Part shown: positions 27,271-39,705 of the stretch, piece after piece
Position numbering within the stretch: the first letter of the stretch is position 1
How the letters are laid out: every line of letters begins with the position of its first letter
Notes under the pieces: model-generated
Told to the model about the DNA's origin: nothing
Database searches by the model: none
The model's input: the letters and a program-made list of their open reading frames with translations, nothing else
Source: Camelus dromedarius
Taxonomy: Eukaryota
Length of the DNA: 64,000 nt
Assembly (NCBI RefSeq): GCF_036321535.1
Contig: NC_087472.1
Coordinates: forward strand, 102,798,001-102,862,000
Direction: 5' to 3'
Position numbers and translations under genes: made by a program

Positions 27271-27659
27271 TATGCAGGAGTGAGTTTTTAGAGGCCCTTA
27301 TGCCACCAACCCTTGAAGTGATTTTCTACCACAGTTAGTTTAACAGAAAATAGCTTTAGGATGATGCTCCCACATAACGAACAAGGATTTTCTTTAGGTT
27401 GACAACATCAGTATTAATAAAATAACTTATTTAGCTTGTATTTGTCAGTTGAAGCTGTAACCTTGTATTTGTTTGCTTCTATGGAATGGTTTTCGAAGAT
27501 ACTAGTGAAAAGGTTTTCCTTGGGCAATCTCTCAAACTATACTTAATGAAAAAGTCAAATTATTTTCCTGGTAGTTTCTAATACCAAAGGCTATGATTGA
27601 CTCTTTGAAAAAATCATGAAGATAAAAAAGTAATCGGAAAACATGAGAGGCTGAATTTA

Positions 27660-27850
27660 ATTGGGATTTTGCCACCCAGAGGACATTTGGCAATGTCTGG
27701 AGACATTTTCGTTTGTCTTCACTGGAGGGCACTACCAGTATGTAGTCAGTAGAGCCCAGGGATGCTGCTAAACATCCTACAATGTACAGGACAGGCCCTA
27801 AAACAAAGAAAAACGTGTGGTCCAGAATGTCAATAGCACCAAGACTCAAA
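27660..27850 (+). mobile_element. MER20-like hAT MITE
   Basis: GGACATTTGGCAATGTCTGGAGACATTTT...GGGATGCTGCTAAACATCCTACAATGTACAGGACAG. Confidence 0.8.
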
Positions 27851-28539
27851 AAAAAAAAAAGTGCCAAGACTGGAAACTTGCACATAGATTAAATCTAATC
27901 TGTTGAGATCAAAATGGAGGAAATATTTATATAATATTACTATAAACATCATGCACATTTTAAGTGCCTTGATTTTGTTTCACTGAGGAAAGGAACTCAA
28001 AGACACAAGATAGAAATACATTTTAAAAGTTAATATGTGACAAACTTGAAATTCAGGACATATTACTGAAATCAACATAGGAGACTAGCATAAGATAAAT
28101 AGCATTAATGGAAATGGGCCTTTGATAGGAAGTAATTAATTATTTCACACAGAGATTAATCATGGAGAGACAGCATTTCCTTAAGGAATGATAGGAATTA
28201 GAAAATTGATCAGATACTTTTCTCTGCAAAGTGGTAAATATTCAGAATACCTTTAATAAAGAATTTTTGCTGTAGGTTTCATAGACTTTGCAAAGATATT
28301 TAGGCTTTTAGATTTTTTTGTCTAAGATGTGGCTTTCATCCTCCAGAATCCATTGGTATATATGCTCCATGAGGGCAAGGATTTTTTTTGTTTTGCATTG
28401 CTTTGTATTGTGTGTTTTGTTTTCTAGTTCTTCCCCATCATCTAGAATAGGAGTCAAGAAACCTTTTCTATAAAGGGACAGGTAACAGATATTTTCACCT
28501 TTGCAGCATATATACAGTTCACATTACAACTGCTCAAGT

Positions 28540-29060
28540 AGGGTCTTCAGTATCTCTTGTAATTGTTGTTTACTTATATGAGAATGATTATTTCTGTACA
28601 TTGATTTTATCACCAGAAATGCACTAAAATTCCCTATCATTCGTAACAGTTTTTTAGTTCATTCTGTTGGGTTTTCTAGCTATATACTACATTATATTTA
28701 TTATAATTTAGCTATTATATATAATTTTATAAATTTATCCATGAGTAATGATAACTTTACCTCCTCCTGCCCAATTTTCATGCCTTTTAATTTCTTTCTC
28801 TAGTCTTGTTTTGGCTAAAAACTTTTTCAAAAATGGTAATAAAGACTATTCTTATCTTGTCCTGTTTTAATGGAAATACTTCTACCATTTTCCCATAAAT
28901 CATTATACTGACTTTTTGGTTACATTCTATCATAACAAAGTAAATTAATCAATTCCTATTTTATTGATAGCTCATTCAAAACCATGAATATATGTTGAAT
29001 TTATCAAATGACTTCTCTGATTCTATAAAAAGTATTATATGTCATTTTCTTTTGATTTGT
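28540..29060 (-). mobile_element. Old L1M ORF2 fragment
   Basis: TTGATTTTATCACCAG...GGTTTTCTAG...TGTTGAATTTATCAAATGACTTCTCTG. Confidence 0.65.
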
Positions 29061-30369
29061 TAATCTTCCAATCTCCAGCTTACTTAGTCTTTCAAACAAG
29101 TTTTTACACTCCCACATTTATAAGGTAGAGTCAAATGTCACGGTGTCTAAGGAACTAGCTTCTGGTCCCCACTGCTGCCCAGTTCCAATCACAGTTCTAG
29201 CTGCCACCTTAAACATGACACCCATGGCCTGTTGCATAGTTCAGATCTTCTTGGATAGAGATTTCCCTGAGAAACACTTCCGGTGTCATTTTGTCTTTAT
29301 TTATCATCCTCTGAAATTCTATCTCTAGCCTCCACATTCCCAAGGTTACTGCCCGCCTCTCATACTGTCATCCACTGATTTCATGATGGGAAATGTTTAC
29401 CCATGAGTATTTGCTCCTCCTTTGGAAAGCAGGGTATTTGTGGCATCTTTGTCTGGTGTTTCCCATAACTTCTTTCCCTGAATGCTTCCAGGTTGGAGTT
29501 GGCCACAAGAGAAAGTTGAGTGAGATGTAGAAGTTTAGAAAGTCAAGGAGCGGCTATGCTTAGCAGCTATATTTACAATCCTGTTACAGAGGACCAGGTG
29601 AGTTGTCATGTATCTGCTGGTTCACTTTGTCAGCCAGGGGCAGTACCTGGACACACAGCTCATCTAGCGCCTAGTATCTTCCCTCCTTAGGTTTCTCCCT
29701 AAGGAGGGAAGTGTATGTGCAGTGCCATGGCAAAGCCAGCTTCTCCTGAAGGCCACCCGTGCCATTGAGGCTGGAGGTAGTAAGAGACAGATGCAGCTTC
29801 TGGTTTGTCTTTGCTCTCATCTATGCCCCGTTCACATCCAAATGCCGGTCTGGCTGAACGATAATGCCTTCTGGCTCTACACTAGACGCAGAGAAAACAG
29901 CCTACATGAACTGCTCCACCTTCCCCACAATAAACCCTATAATAAATCCTTTACTCTACATCATGCATCATTTTTCTTCTTCTCTGTCAAAACCTGATTG
30001 GTTCAGATTTTGTCCTAGAAATTATTTCACCCCTTCTTATTAATGGCTTCATCAAGCCTGCTGGTACAATATTATTTGGCACAGAATCTTTGACATTTTA
30101 TATATTTTGTGTCCTAAGTTACACATCAATATTAAAATGTGATTGAATCAGCTGGAAGAAAAGTCTCTGTTTCTCAAGTGCTAGTGAATTATTTTTTTCT
30201 GAGGGAAAGTGGTCTCCTGAATGGAAGCCACTGAAATTGTTGGTGACATAGACTGACTGAGCAACTCTAATAATCAGATTTCAGTTAAATTGCTACACAG
30301 CTGTCCTGGGAGACCCTTGGTCAAATTCCTTCTCGGGGGAGTTTAAATTGTCCTGGATTGCCCTGACTT

Positions 30370-30409
30370 GTGCTCGCTTCAGCAGCACATATACTAAAAT
30401 TGGAACGAT
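30370..30409 (+). pseudogene. 3'-truncated U6 snRNA retropseudogene (first 40 nt of U6)
   Basis: GTGCTCGCTTCAGCAGCACATATACTAAAATTGGAACGAT equals U6 nt 1-40 with one G>A change. Direct repeats GATTGCCCTGACTT (30356-30369) and GATTGCCTTGACTT (30407-30420). Confidence 0.93.
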
Positions 30410-31098
30410 TGCCTTGACTTGTCTTAACACTCAACATACAATTAGTGATTTTTCCACTTTTGTGGGAAACAAATAGGACTGGAAATTGGAACTTTTTTCT
30501 CTTGTACTTAACTAAGTCACACCATGTGCATGTCCCTAAAGACACTTTATATGTGCTGCAGTGAATGAAAATGTACTGCTTAAATATTTCCGTGAAAGGT
30601 TTCTCTCGGCCCAGAGGTGGTGCCAGCTTGCTCTAATGACATCAATTTTTACATTAGAGAGGGACCTAACAATTAGACCTTCCTCTCATGAGGTAATAGA
30701 ATTGCATTTGGCTGATGATGTAGCCCACATTTCCTGCCACCTACACTCTTTAAGGAATTCATCCTCTCATGGGCCAAACTCTCTGAGTTCATCAATTCCC
30801 AGCATGTCTCAAGCTCAGCACTAGACACATTTAGAGCCAGATAATTCTTTGTCAGGGGAGACGTTTAGTAACAGCCCAGGCCTCTACCCACTAGATCCCA
30901 GAAGCACTCTGATCTTGAGTTTTAACAACCAAAACTGTCTTCAGACTTTGCCCAATGTGCCCTGGGCAGGGGTTGGGGGGTGGAAATCACTCTGTCTGAG
31001 AATCACTGAGCATTTCAATTCAGACACACTTAGACAGAGATTGAGGGGAGAAGAAATCTCACAAGTGGAAGCCTTAGTCATGGTGGGCACTATCTGAA

Positions 31099-31410
31099 TA
31101 CATTCATCCTTCTGGATCCCAGGGGAATTGGTTCCAGGACTCCCACAAATACCAAAATCCACGGATGCTCAATCCCTTATATACAATAGCATAGTATTTG
31201 CATATAACCTACACACAACCTCTCATATCCTTTAAATCATCTCTAGGTTACTCATAATACCTAATGCCATGTAAATAGTTGCTGGTGTGTGGCAAATTTA
31301 AGTTTTTCTCTTCTGGAATTGGTTTGGTTTGTTTTTTTTCAAATATTTTTGAAATGTAGTTAGTTGAATCTGCAAATGCAGGACCCATGGATCCAGAGGG
31401 CTGAACGCAC
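31099..31410 (+). mobile_element. MER2-like (Tigger) MITE
   Basis: GGTTCCAGGAC...TACCAAAATCCACGGATGCTCAA...GCATAGTATTTGCATATAACCTAC...GTTGAATCTGC. Confidence 0.8.
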
Positions 31411-33143
31411 TGCTTAATATTGTCTAGGGAACAGAATAAAGAGGCAGTAGGGATTTCATAGGGACACCTATGCCAAGTCAATGCTGTGGTCTTCATTACC
31501 GCTATATGAGATGGACCAGGATTGAGAGAGATACCAACTATCTTAAGTACCAGAATACATGATTCTCTGCTTCTCTGTTTCAGCTTCCCCAGGGAAATAA
31601 ATAAGTTTGAGCCTGAGGGTTGCTAATTATATTCATTCACTTCATGATAGGTGTTACAATAGAAAATTAACCAGTTGTAAAGTAATTAGGCAAAAAATAT
31701 TGCCTTTGGACTTCCATTTCCAGTAATAGAATATGCAAAGATTTCAGACTGACCCTTCTGCTGAAAACAGTTTAAAATATTGGATTAAAAAATTATTAAA
31801 AGAGCTGACAGCAGGCAAGAAAGAAAGGACCATGTAGGTAACAGATTGATTAAAGATGGAAACCCAGAGAGGTAAGTAGCACACTAAAGCAGTCTTTGAC
31901 ATCGAGAGTGCTGGCCAAACTGATGTGAACTTGAACTTCAGTGTCACACTGCTGTAATGGCATGGATACAGGAGAAGAAAACAAGGGTCTGCCTCAGAGG
32001 AAGAGCCTAACAGAAGGCCCAGCCATAACACTGGGAGCCCAAAGAGCTCCAGTCTCGGGGGACTGTAATAAAAATTGTCCTCCAAATCTTTGCACTGAGA
32101 AGAGAGGGAAGAGATGCCCTCAGGAAGATGTGATCATAAGCTGACTCTTTAGAGCCCAGGCAGCCCAAATTCATATTTCTTGGGTGTTCAGCAAAACCTG
32201 AAACCAATAATCTACTGCTTTTAGACAGGCTTGATAAGTGCCCATAGCTGGCAGATGAAAGTAAAAGCCAATTCTCCCTATGCTAGGAACTGTATTCCAA
32301 ATCTCCAGGGATTGCAACAAATAAAAGTTTTAAGGAATACAAGCAAGAGTCAAAAGAAATCATGAAAAAATTGCAAGAGAGTATGGAACCATGAGTGAGA
32401 ATTAGCAGAAAAAAATTAGAGCAAGGAGAAACAGACTTATAAAGACTTCACATGTTCATTACAGAATATAAAATAGATAATGATTACTATACTTAAATAA
32501 ATAATGAATAATTTTTAAAAATGCATGCTGGGGACAAGAAATTGCAAAAAATGGCCATGCAGATTTGAAATAGAGCTTTTAGAAGTTAAAAATAAATAAC
32601 TCAAAAAAGGACTTAAACAGAAATCAGACCCAGCTATAGAAAAACTAAAAAACTGGGTGATTTATCTGAAGAAATTATCCAGAATGCATCAGAGAAAGAC
32701 AAACACAAGGCAAAATGTGAAAGAGAGGTCAAACGATATAGAGAATGGCATGAGAAGACTACTATACATCTAATCAGAATTATAGATAGCAAAGAGAGAG
32801 CAAATAGGCACAGACAATATTGAACACACAGTATAATAAAATAAAGTCACGGGATATAATTCATAATTCATTCAACATGAATTCACAATTCATGTTCACA
32901 GGACATATTCATTCCAGAACATAAATACAAAATATTAAATAAGAAATGTTGAGTTTAATCCAGAAACACAAGATAGCTTTAGTATTTAAAAATCAATAAT
33001 TGACAAGAAAATGTGAAAATATCATATGATAACTCAGTAGATGCAGAAAAAGCATTTGGAAAAACCCAGCACCATTCATAACATGCAAAATTATCCCAAA
33101 CCTTTAAAAAAATATCAGGATAGGACGGAACTACCTTAACCTG

Positions 33144-33213
33144 ATAACATAACATAACATAAGCATAACATAACATAACATAACATAACATAACATAACA
33201 TAACATAACATAA
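33144..33213. repeat. (ATAAC)n pentanucleotide microsatellite
   Basis: About 13 ATAAC units with one ATAAGC interruption. Confidence 0.95.
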
Positions 33214-34872
33214 GCACCTCTTATGTTAAAATATATGAAATTGCTGTTTTTGTAGGTCAAAATGGTCAAATGTCACTAATTTTTATATCTTTTAACCTAA
33301 TACAAAAGGCTACAGCAAACATAGTCAATGGGGACATCCTAAAAGCCTTCGCTCTGATGTTGATACAAGGTGAGGGGCTCACTCATCATTTCCATTAAAC
33401 ATCGTGCTGACGTCCTCTTCAGTGCAATAGGGCACGAAAAGGAAACAAGGAATATTTGGAAAAGTACAAACAAAATATCATTATTTACAAGGGATGTGAT
33501 TATATTTATTAAAAAAGCCTAAACCATGCACATGTAATGAAAATCAGTAAGAGAGTTGAATAAGATTACATTTCTTTTTATCAACAAAAACATTAGGAGG
33601 GATTGGGATTCCCATGTATAATACCACGAAAAATATATGCATCTCAAATGAAATCTAACAATGTGGAGTAAATTATAAAACTTTAGTGAAAATTATTAAA
33701 GAAGACAAATCATTAGAGAAATATACCACATTCATGGATTGGAAGACTCAGTGTTGTCAAGGTATAAAGTCTCAATCTGATCTATAGTTAAATTCATACC
33801 AATCAAAACTCCAACAATTTTTGGAAATTGACAAGCTGAGTCTAAAGTTTATGTGTAAGAGTCTAAAGGGCCTAGAAGAAAAAAGAAACTTTTAAGGAAG
33901 AAGGGTGAGATGCAGTGTTGGCTCAGGGATAAACAAATAAACCAATGGAACAACACAAAGACCTAAAATACATGGATGTGTGAAGTCTGAGTACATGACT
34001 GGAGGCACCGATTATTGGGGAAAGGATGAATTTTTCAGTAACTGATACTGAATATGGATAAAATAGAAATGTTATACATTTCTCACAACTCTCCCAAAGA
34101 TTCACACCAGCTGAATTAAAGAAGTAATGTGAAAGGCAAAATAATAAAGCTTCCAAAGAATATATGAGAGAATATTTTATCATCTTAAAGTGGCAGGATT
34201 TCTCACCCAAGAAATAAAAACCACACAATTTTAAGGAAGGCACTGATAAATTTGAAAGCAATTCTTAAAATTAAAGACTTCTTTAAAACTCATCATAAAA
34301 ATTATGAAAAAAGTCATATACTGTAAGATGATATTTATAAAACATATTAACTGTGGGAGGATTATACCCAGAATATGTAAAGAACTCATATACAAAATCA
34401 ATAAGGAAATTACCTACCTGAGAAATGAGTGCAGAATTTAAACAGACATCTCACAAGAGAGGACAACAAAGTGGGCAATGAACATATGGATAGGCTGCCA
34501 ACCTCATTAGTAAACAGAGAAATGCAATCTAAAACCCCAATGAGACATCACTACACATCAAATCAACAAAAATTAAAAAGTTGAAAAATATTAAACATTG
34601 GTGAAAAATATGGATCAACATATTCTCTTTCCCTGTGGTGAAATGAGTACCAGCACTTTGGAAAGAGTTAGGCATCACCTGGCAAAGCTGAACTTGTGCA
34701 TGCCCTATGACCCAGCAAATTCCACTACTAGATCAGAAACTCCGAAAGAAAAACGCATGCACAGGTGAACCAGGAGATATCTACAAAAATATTCACAGCA
34801 GCATTAAACAACTCAAATATTAACCAAAGTAAAGTGGATAAATACATTGTGGTATATTTAGACACTGGAATG

Positions 34873-35421
34873 TGTAGTGTAAACCCTGACAGTTGGCTTT
34901 TCTTTTTGTAATGCAAGGGCCTGACTTAAACTTTGAGAGCCCACTTCAAAGAGGGCTATCTCTAATAAACATATCACCAGCCACAGGACTAGATAAAGTG
35001 CCCAGCCGACCCCCACTCCCACCCCTCTATGCTCCTTTGTTTTAAAAATCTTGGTTGATTTCAATAACTGAGCACTTAGGCAGCTTTTTTTTTTTTTTCT
35101 CTTCCTGTCCTTTAAATTTTCCCTCCTATGTTTTTAATTTGCCAATAAAGAGAAAGAGTGAGCCCTCAAAACCCTAGGCTCCCACCCCAATAAAAGCAGA
35201 ACCCAGGCCTGTGTTCTCTCTCTCCTCCCTACCCCTCACCGTGACCTCGTGTGGCCCCAGGTGTGCTGTGTAATTTCCAGGTCCTGTAAGTAATAACCCT
35301 TTTATTTTTCAAAGTTTCCTGATGATTATTGCTGAAGGGCATCTTGCAATCATAAAAAGAACCACAAGGGCCAGAGCAACCACAATATTGGTTACTGATA
35401 GGCTCAGACAGGCACAAAACA
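34873..35421 (+). mobile_element. Solo LTR nested in L1
   Basis: TG...CA ends; TSD GAATG (34868-34872) / GACTG (35422-35426). Removing it restores the L1 motif ACTGGAATGCTAACAGCAATGA. Confidence 0.65.
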
Positions 35422-35640
35422 GACTGCTAACAGCAATGAGGACACAGGTGTATATCTCAAACACAACAGAGAGCAAGTCACAGCTGATTACCTACAATGT
35501 AGTTCCATTTATATAAAGTTCAAAAGCAGGCAAAATGGGACAAAGGATTTGATTGTTTAGGAATACATTCAAAGTTGGGAAAAAGAAAAGTAAGAAAACA
35601 AGTAACACAAGATTCATGATAGTGGTTACCTCTGAGGTAG

Positions 35641-35987
35641 CGTCTTAGCTCCGGCTGCTGTAACAAATTACAGCACTGGGGCACTTGAACGACAAACATT
35701 TGTTTCCCACAGTTCTGAAGACTGGGAGGTCCAAGATCAAGGTGCACGCAGATTTGGTTCTTGGTGGGGGCCCTTTTCCTGGCTTGTTGATGGCTGTCTT
35801 CTGGTCCTGTCCTCACACAGTGGAGAGAGAGAGGGCTAGCTCTCTTCCTCTAAAGGATACTAATCCTATCATGAGGGCTCCACCCTCAAGACCTAATTAC
35901 TTCCCCAAAGGCCCCACCTTCAAATACCAGGACATCTGGGCTTCGACATTTTGAATTTGGGGGCACCCAATCATTCAATCCATAGCA
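35641..35987 (-). mobile_element. MLT1A-like MaLR solo LTR nested in L1
   Basis: GCTGCTGTAACAAATTAC...GGGAGGTCCAAGATCAAGGTG...CATTCAATCCATAGCA; perfect TSD GGTAG at 35636-35640 and 35988-35992. Confidence 0.88.
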
Positions 35988-36359
35988 GGTAGGAAGGGGT
36001 ATGCCCCTGGGGAAGGACCACTGGGTGTTGCTGAGGTACTGACAATGTTCCATTTCTTAAGCTACATGTGGGCACATATGTGTTCATGTAATTATTCTTT
36101 AAACTCTACATACATATTTTATATGCTTTTCTATATGCGATATAGATTTTAGAGTTAAAAAAAAAAGGAAAAGTGGTATCAAAATCCCTCTGGCTAATCT
36201 CAATGCACTGATGTCTTGAAATTTCTGGCTCTATTTATTAATCTAAACCCAGAAGAGAAAGGCACTTCTGATTTGGTCAAGCTCCTGTTTTTCCCTGCTA
36301 GTGTTGTGATTAAGGGTTCTCATTCCTTGGAGAATCTAAAGGCCAAAGGATATTAAGCT

Positions 36360-37700
36360 ACTTTACCCACCCTCCACTTTGCTGAGTCTGTGCCCATCAC
36401 ACTGAGGTCCCCCACCTTTTGGATTCCCCAAGGAGAAAGTCAGGGTGAACCACATCCATTCAAAGCTGTATGGGGCTTCCGAGGCCTGACAGCAGGGGCA
36501 GGACTGTTTGGGACAAATATCAAAGCCTGGGACTCCTTCCTCTACTGATCTGGGTCCATCAGCCTCCAACCAAGGTCCTCACTTCCAAGAGACCCTAGGA
36601 CGTTGGGTGCTATACATCTAGTTACCCCTGCCTCAGGCCTCCCAAGACCAAGACCAGGGATGGGGCTCTGGGAAGCCCCCTGTTTGGGGTAGAAGTCTTC
36701 TCATTGGTACTCAGCGTCCTAACCTGGACACCAGTTGGGGCCAAAACTCCTCCCTCTGCAAAACTGGGGCCGCCCCTTATCCCAAGGCCCTCCAATTCCT
36801 GTGACTCTCTAGGCAAAAATGAAGGGCTCCTGAGCTGAGTGCTCTGCTGTGGGTGTTCCAGGGATGAGAACACGCAGGCTCTGTGCAAGCTTCTCTGCTG
36901 GTTCGGGGTTCCCTCCTATCACTGAATCCCAACCCTGATTTTTATTGAACATCTAGAACTGGGGCCACCCCCCTAGGCAAAGCCCTCCTCTCCCTGTGAC
37001 CCTCCAGGCAGAAATGAGGGGGCTCCTTGACCTGATAACTCTTTCCTGGGCCCCCCAGGGTGGCCAGCTGGAGCAGGATGGGGGAGATTTGTGGGGTCTC
37101 CTATGTTCTGGGGGTGGTGGGGTGGTTCCCTCACTCCTCATTCGCCGTCCCTCACCTTGACCCCGAGCACTGTGGCATCAGGCCCGTTCCTGCGATGCCA
37201 CCCTCAGCAGACCTGGGGCTGCTCCCTCAGATCTTCTCCTTCCTGGAACCACTGAATTGGAAGTCAGGGTGACCCAAATCCAGTCACAGCTGCTCCAGAC
37301 CTCCACTGGCAACAGGCAGGGCAGGGCTCTACAGTACCCTGCTGTTCTGGCTGAGTCCTTCCTTCATTCCTTACTCCGGGTCCTCACCTTGATATCAGTC
37401 GGAGGATCACAATTCTCCCTCTACTGACCCCTCTCTCCCTCCCTCCTTAGACCAAGGCCATCATGATCCTGAGAGTCCTGAAGGGACTGCTCAGCCTCAC
37501 AGGCCTGCCTGGAGCCCTAGAGGTCTTGGAGTAGCCCTAGGCTGGTCTCTGTGGGTTTGCCTATATTCTGGGGTGTTGGTCTCCCCAGCCCTCTTACAGG
37601 GGGGTCCTCATTTTGGTTCCTGTCTCCTTGATTAAAGACTTCCTGGGAAGTTCCACATATCTTCAAACTCTTAAGCAGTTTCCCTTATTGTAAACTTTGT
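36360..37700 (-). pseudogene. MAGE-family-like 5' non-coding region without a coding exon (possible MAGEB17-orthologous remnant)
   Basis: GC-rich unique block with a recurring minus-strand donor-like motif: TCAAGGTGAGGACCC 37378-37392, TCAAGGTGAGGGAC 37147-37160, CCAGGTTAGGACGCTGAG ~36710-36727, GGAAGTGAGGACCTTGG 36570-36586, AAGGTGGGGGACCTCAG ~36402-36418. This resembles MAGE-A/B upstream exons as I recall them. Same strand and side as human MAGEB17 relative to GRPR. Confidence 0.55.
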
Positions 37701-37815
37701 GGAAAATGGTTCCTTGTCTTGGAATTACAAGAGATGAGGAAGCTGTACCTCCAGGAGGGGGAGGGAAGGAAGGAAGAAAAGATTCCTGCCTGGAAAGCAC
37801 TGTGTTAGTCTCATG

Positions 37816-38022
37816 TAGGGGTCAGCAAAAATCCAGCCCACCACCTGTTTCTGCAAATATAGAATAGTTAAAACAGAGCCAAATTCATCTGTTACACATT
37901 ATCTTTGGCTGCTTTTATGCTACAGTGGTGGCAGAGTTGAGTAGTCTTGACAGACTGTATGTCCCACAACGCCTAAAATAGTTACTCTCTGGCCCTTTAG
38001 AGAAAATGTTTGCCAATCCCTG
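37816..38022 (+). mobile_element. MER58A-like MITE
   Basis: TAGGGGTCAGCAAA...GCAGAGTTGAGTAG...TGGCCCTTTAGAGAAAATGTTTGCCAATCCCTG. Confidence 0.75.
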
Positions 38023-38221
38023 ATCTCCCGGGAGAGACCAGCATTCACACAAGTAAATTTAATTCAACGCAGGATATGATAAAAGCTAGGACCCGTAGAG
38101 AAAGTGCTCTGCAAGCACAGGAGAGCAGGAGGGCTTCTCCGAGGGAGGATGTTGGAGCTGAGCTTCAAGGAACAGGGTGGATTCGGGCCAGCTGAGATCC
38201 AAGAGGGCATCCTAGGTGAGA

Positions 38222-38393
38222 CAGTCCTCCACCACGTCTGCTCATCGCAATCACTAGGGGAGCTTGGAATAGAGATGCCTGGTTCTCCCCTCTCAGAGAT
38301 TCTGACTCAGTTGTTCTGGGGCAGGGCCTGGGCATCAAGATTTTTTAATGCTCCTCAGGTGACTCTGAGGGCAGCCCAGGTTGAGAAGCACTG
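38222..38393. mobile_element. MER5-like MITE
   Basis: AGAGATTCTGACTCAG...GGGCCTGGGCATCAAGATTTTTTAATGCTCCTCAGGTGACTCTGA...GGTTGAGAAGCACTG. Confidence 0.75.
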
Positions 38394-39631
38394 GGCTAGA
38401 GAGGTGTGAAGGACCACGTAGGAGCAAGGTGTGGAGAGAACTCTGTCGGTGCAGGAGGAAAGGCAGAGCAGTGGGAGGTAAGCTTAGGAACTAGGGAGCT
38501 GACCTCCAGGCTAGAAATACTGGATTTTGTCCCAGGGAAAGGAACAATAATAGAATGTGGGCATGGGAGCAACATGATCAGAGCTGTACATAAAGAAGTG
38601 TAATCTAGAAGAAATGTGAAGAATCAATAAAAAAAATAGGAGCCTGTTAGGGGCTATTTGTAAGAGTTTAAGCAAAACAAGGAGCACATCTTATCTAGGG
38701 CAGGGACACATGGCCAGGTAGATTCAGGAGGGTCAAAATTATAGGTTGGCCATGACATGAGTACCAACCCATCAGGATGGCCTCCACTATCCAGTCCCAG
38801 AGACCCCTGCTCTGGGAGCTTGATCCTTCAGTTTCTGGATCATGGAGAAGTATGGGGTCCTGGAGCAGAAGTTGAGGCCGGAGGCATTTGGGTGCTCAGC
38901 CCAGCAGCTGTTTACCCACGAGTGGGAAAGTATTTTTGAACTGAATGAGCATTGCTTTGGGGAGATGGTTTCTTCACCTGAGACATTTTGGACAGCCATT
39001 TGCAAGCGCTGGAGGCTAGCTGGATGTGGATGATGCTGAATGGATGGAGTCAGAGATGAGGGTAGGGTTTTGCATTTAGATGATTGGGGGAGTTTTGATG
39101 GCCACTAGAAGGCAAAGAAGACACAGAAAGAGGTGAAGGTCTTGAGAGACAGTGATTTGGTTTGGGATGTAAATAACCAGTTGGCATCAAAGTGGGACTG
39201 GCCTTTATTATTAGGTACATGCATAATTTTGAGTGACCTCTTTTCTATGTTCTCTTAAAATGGGCAAAAAGGCAGAAACTTCAAGAGACCCAGAGACCAG
39301 TGAGGGGAGTGATGCCCCTTCGTTCTTGCTGCCGCATTCAGATAGGACCCAACTGGTTTTATCCCTTGGCTTGTGAGATGTTTTTCTTTTGCATTTGTTC
39401 AAGCAGAACTGCATCTCCTGCTTTAAAGGAACAGCAAAGAAGGTTTTGCTAGTGGTCAGGATTCTGCTTCTGAGAAGGCAGGTATACTGGACTTTAAACA
39501 ATCTCTTTTGACCCAGGTAAAATTGGAACAGTACCATCTAATCAGAAACCCAGTACCTTCTTTGAGGTCGGTTTAATGGCCAGATAGTTCTCAGTTCTTT
39601 AAAAGAAACATTAAACAACAGGCAGATACAA

Positions 39632-39674
39632 TTACTATTATTACTATTATTACTACTACTACTACTACTACTAC

Positions 39675-39702
<28 letters not shown>
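39632..39702. repeat. Compound (TAC)n(TAT)n microsatellite
   Basis: Directly visible in the sequence. Confidence 0.9.

Positions 39703-39705
<3 letters not shown>

Larger units (their letters stand above)
31740..36165 (+). mobile_element. Long degenerate L1M element with nested LTRs
   Basis: Successive ORF1-like, ORF2 (TAGATGCAGAAAAAGCATTTG; CATTCATGGATTGGAAGACTCA) and 3'UTR motifs, ending in an A-tail near 36160. Confidence 0.8.

Noticed and set aside
33144..33213. Regular short repeat array as a possible CRISPR-like structure
   Set aside because: Simple pentanucleotide microsatellite without spacers, in mammalian DNA.
38757..39033. Protein-like short ORFs (e.g. MEKYGVLEQKLRPEAF...) suggesting a processed pseudogene
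   Set aside because: No recognisable protein family, no poly(A) or TSD. The segment interrupts an L2-like relic and ends in TTTGCAAGCGCTG, resembling a hAT-Charlie terminal repeat, so a DNA-transposon fossil is more likely.
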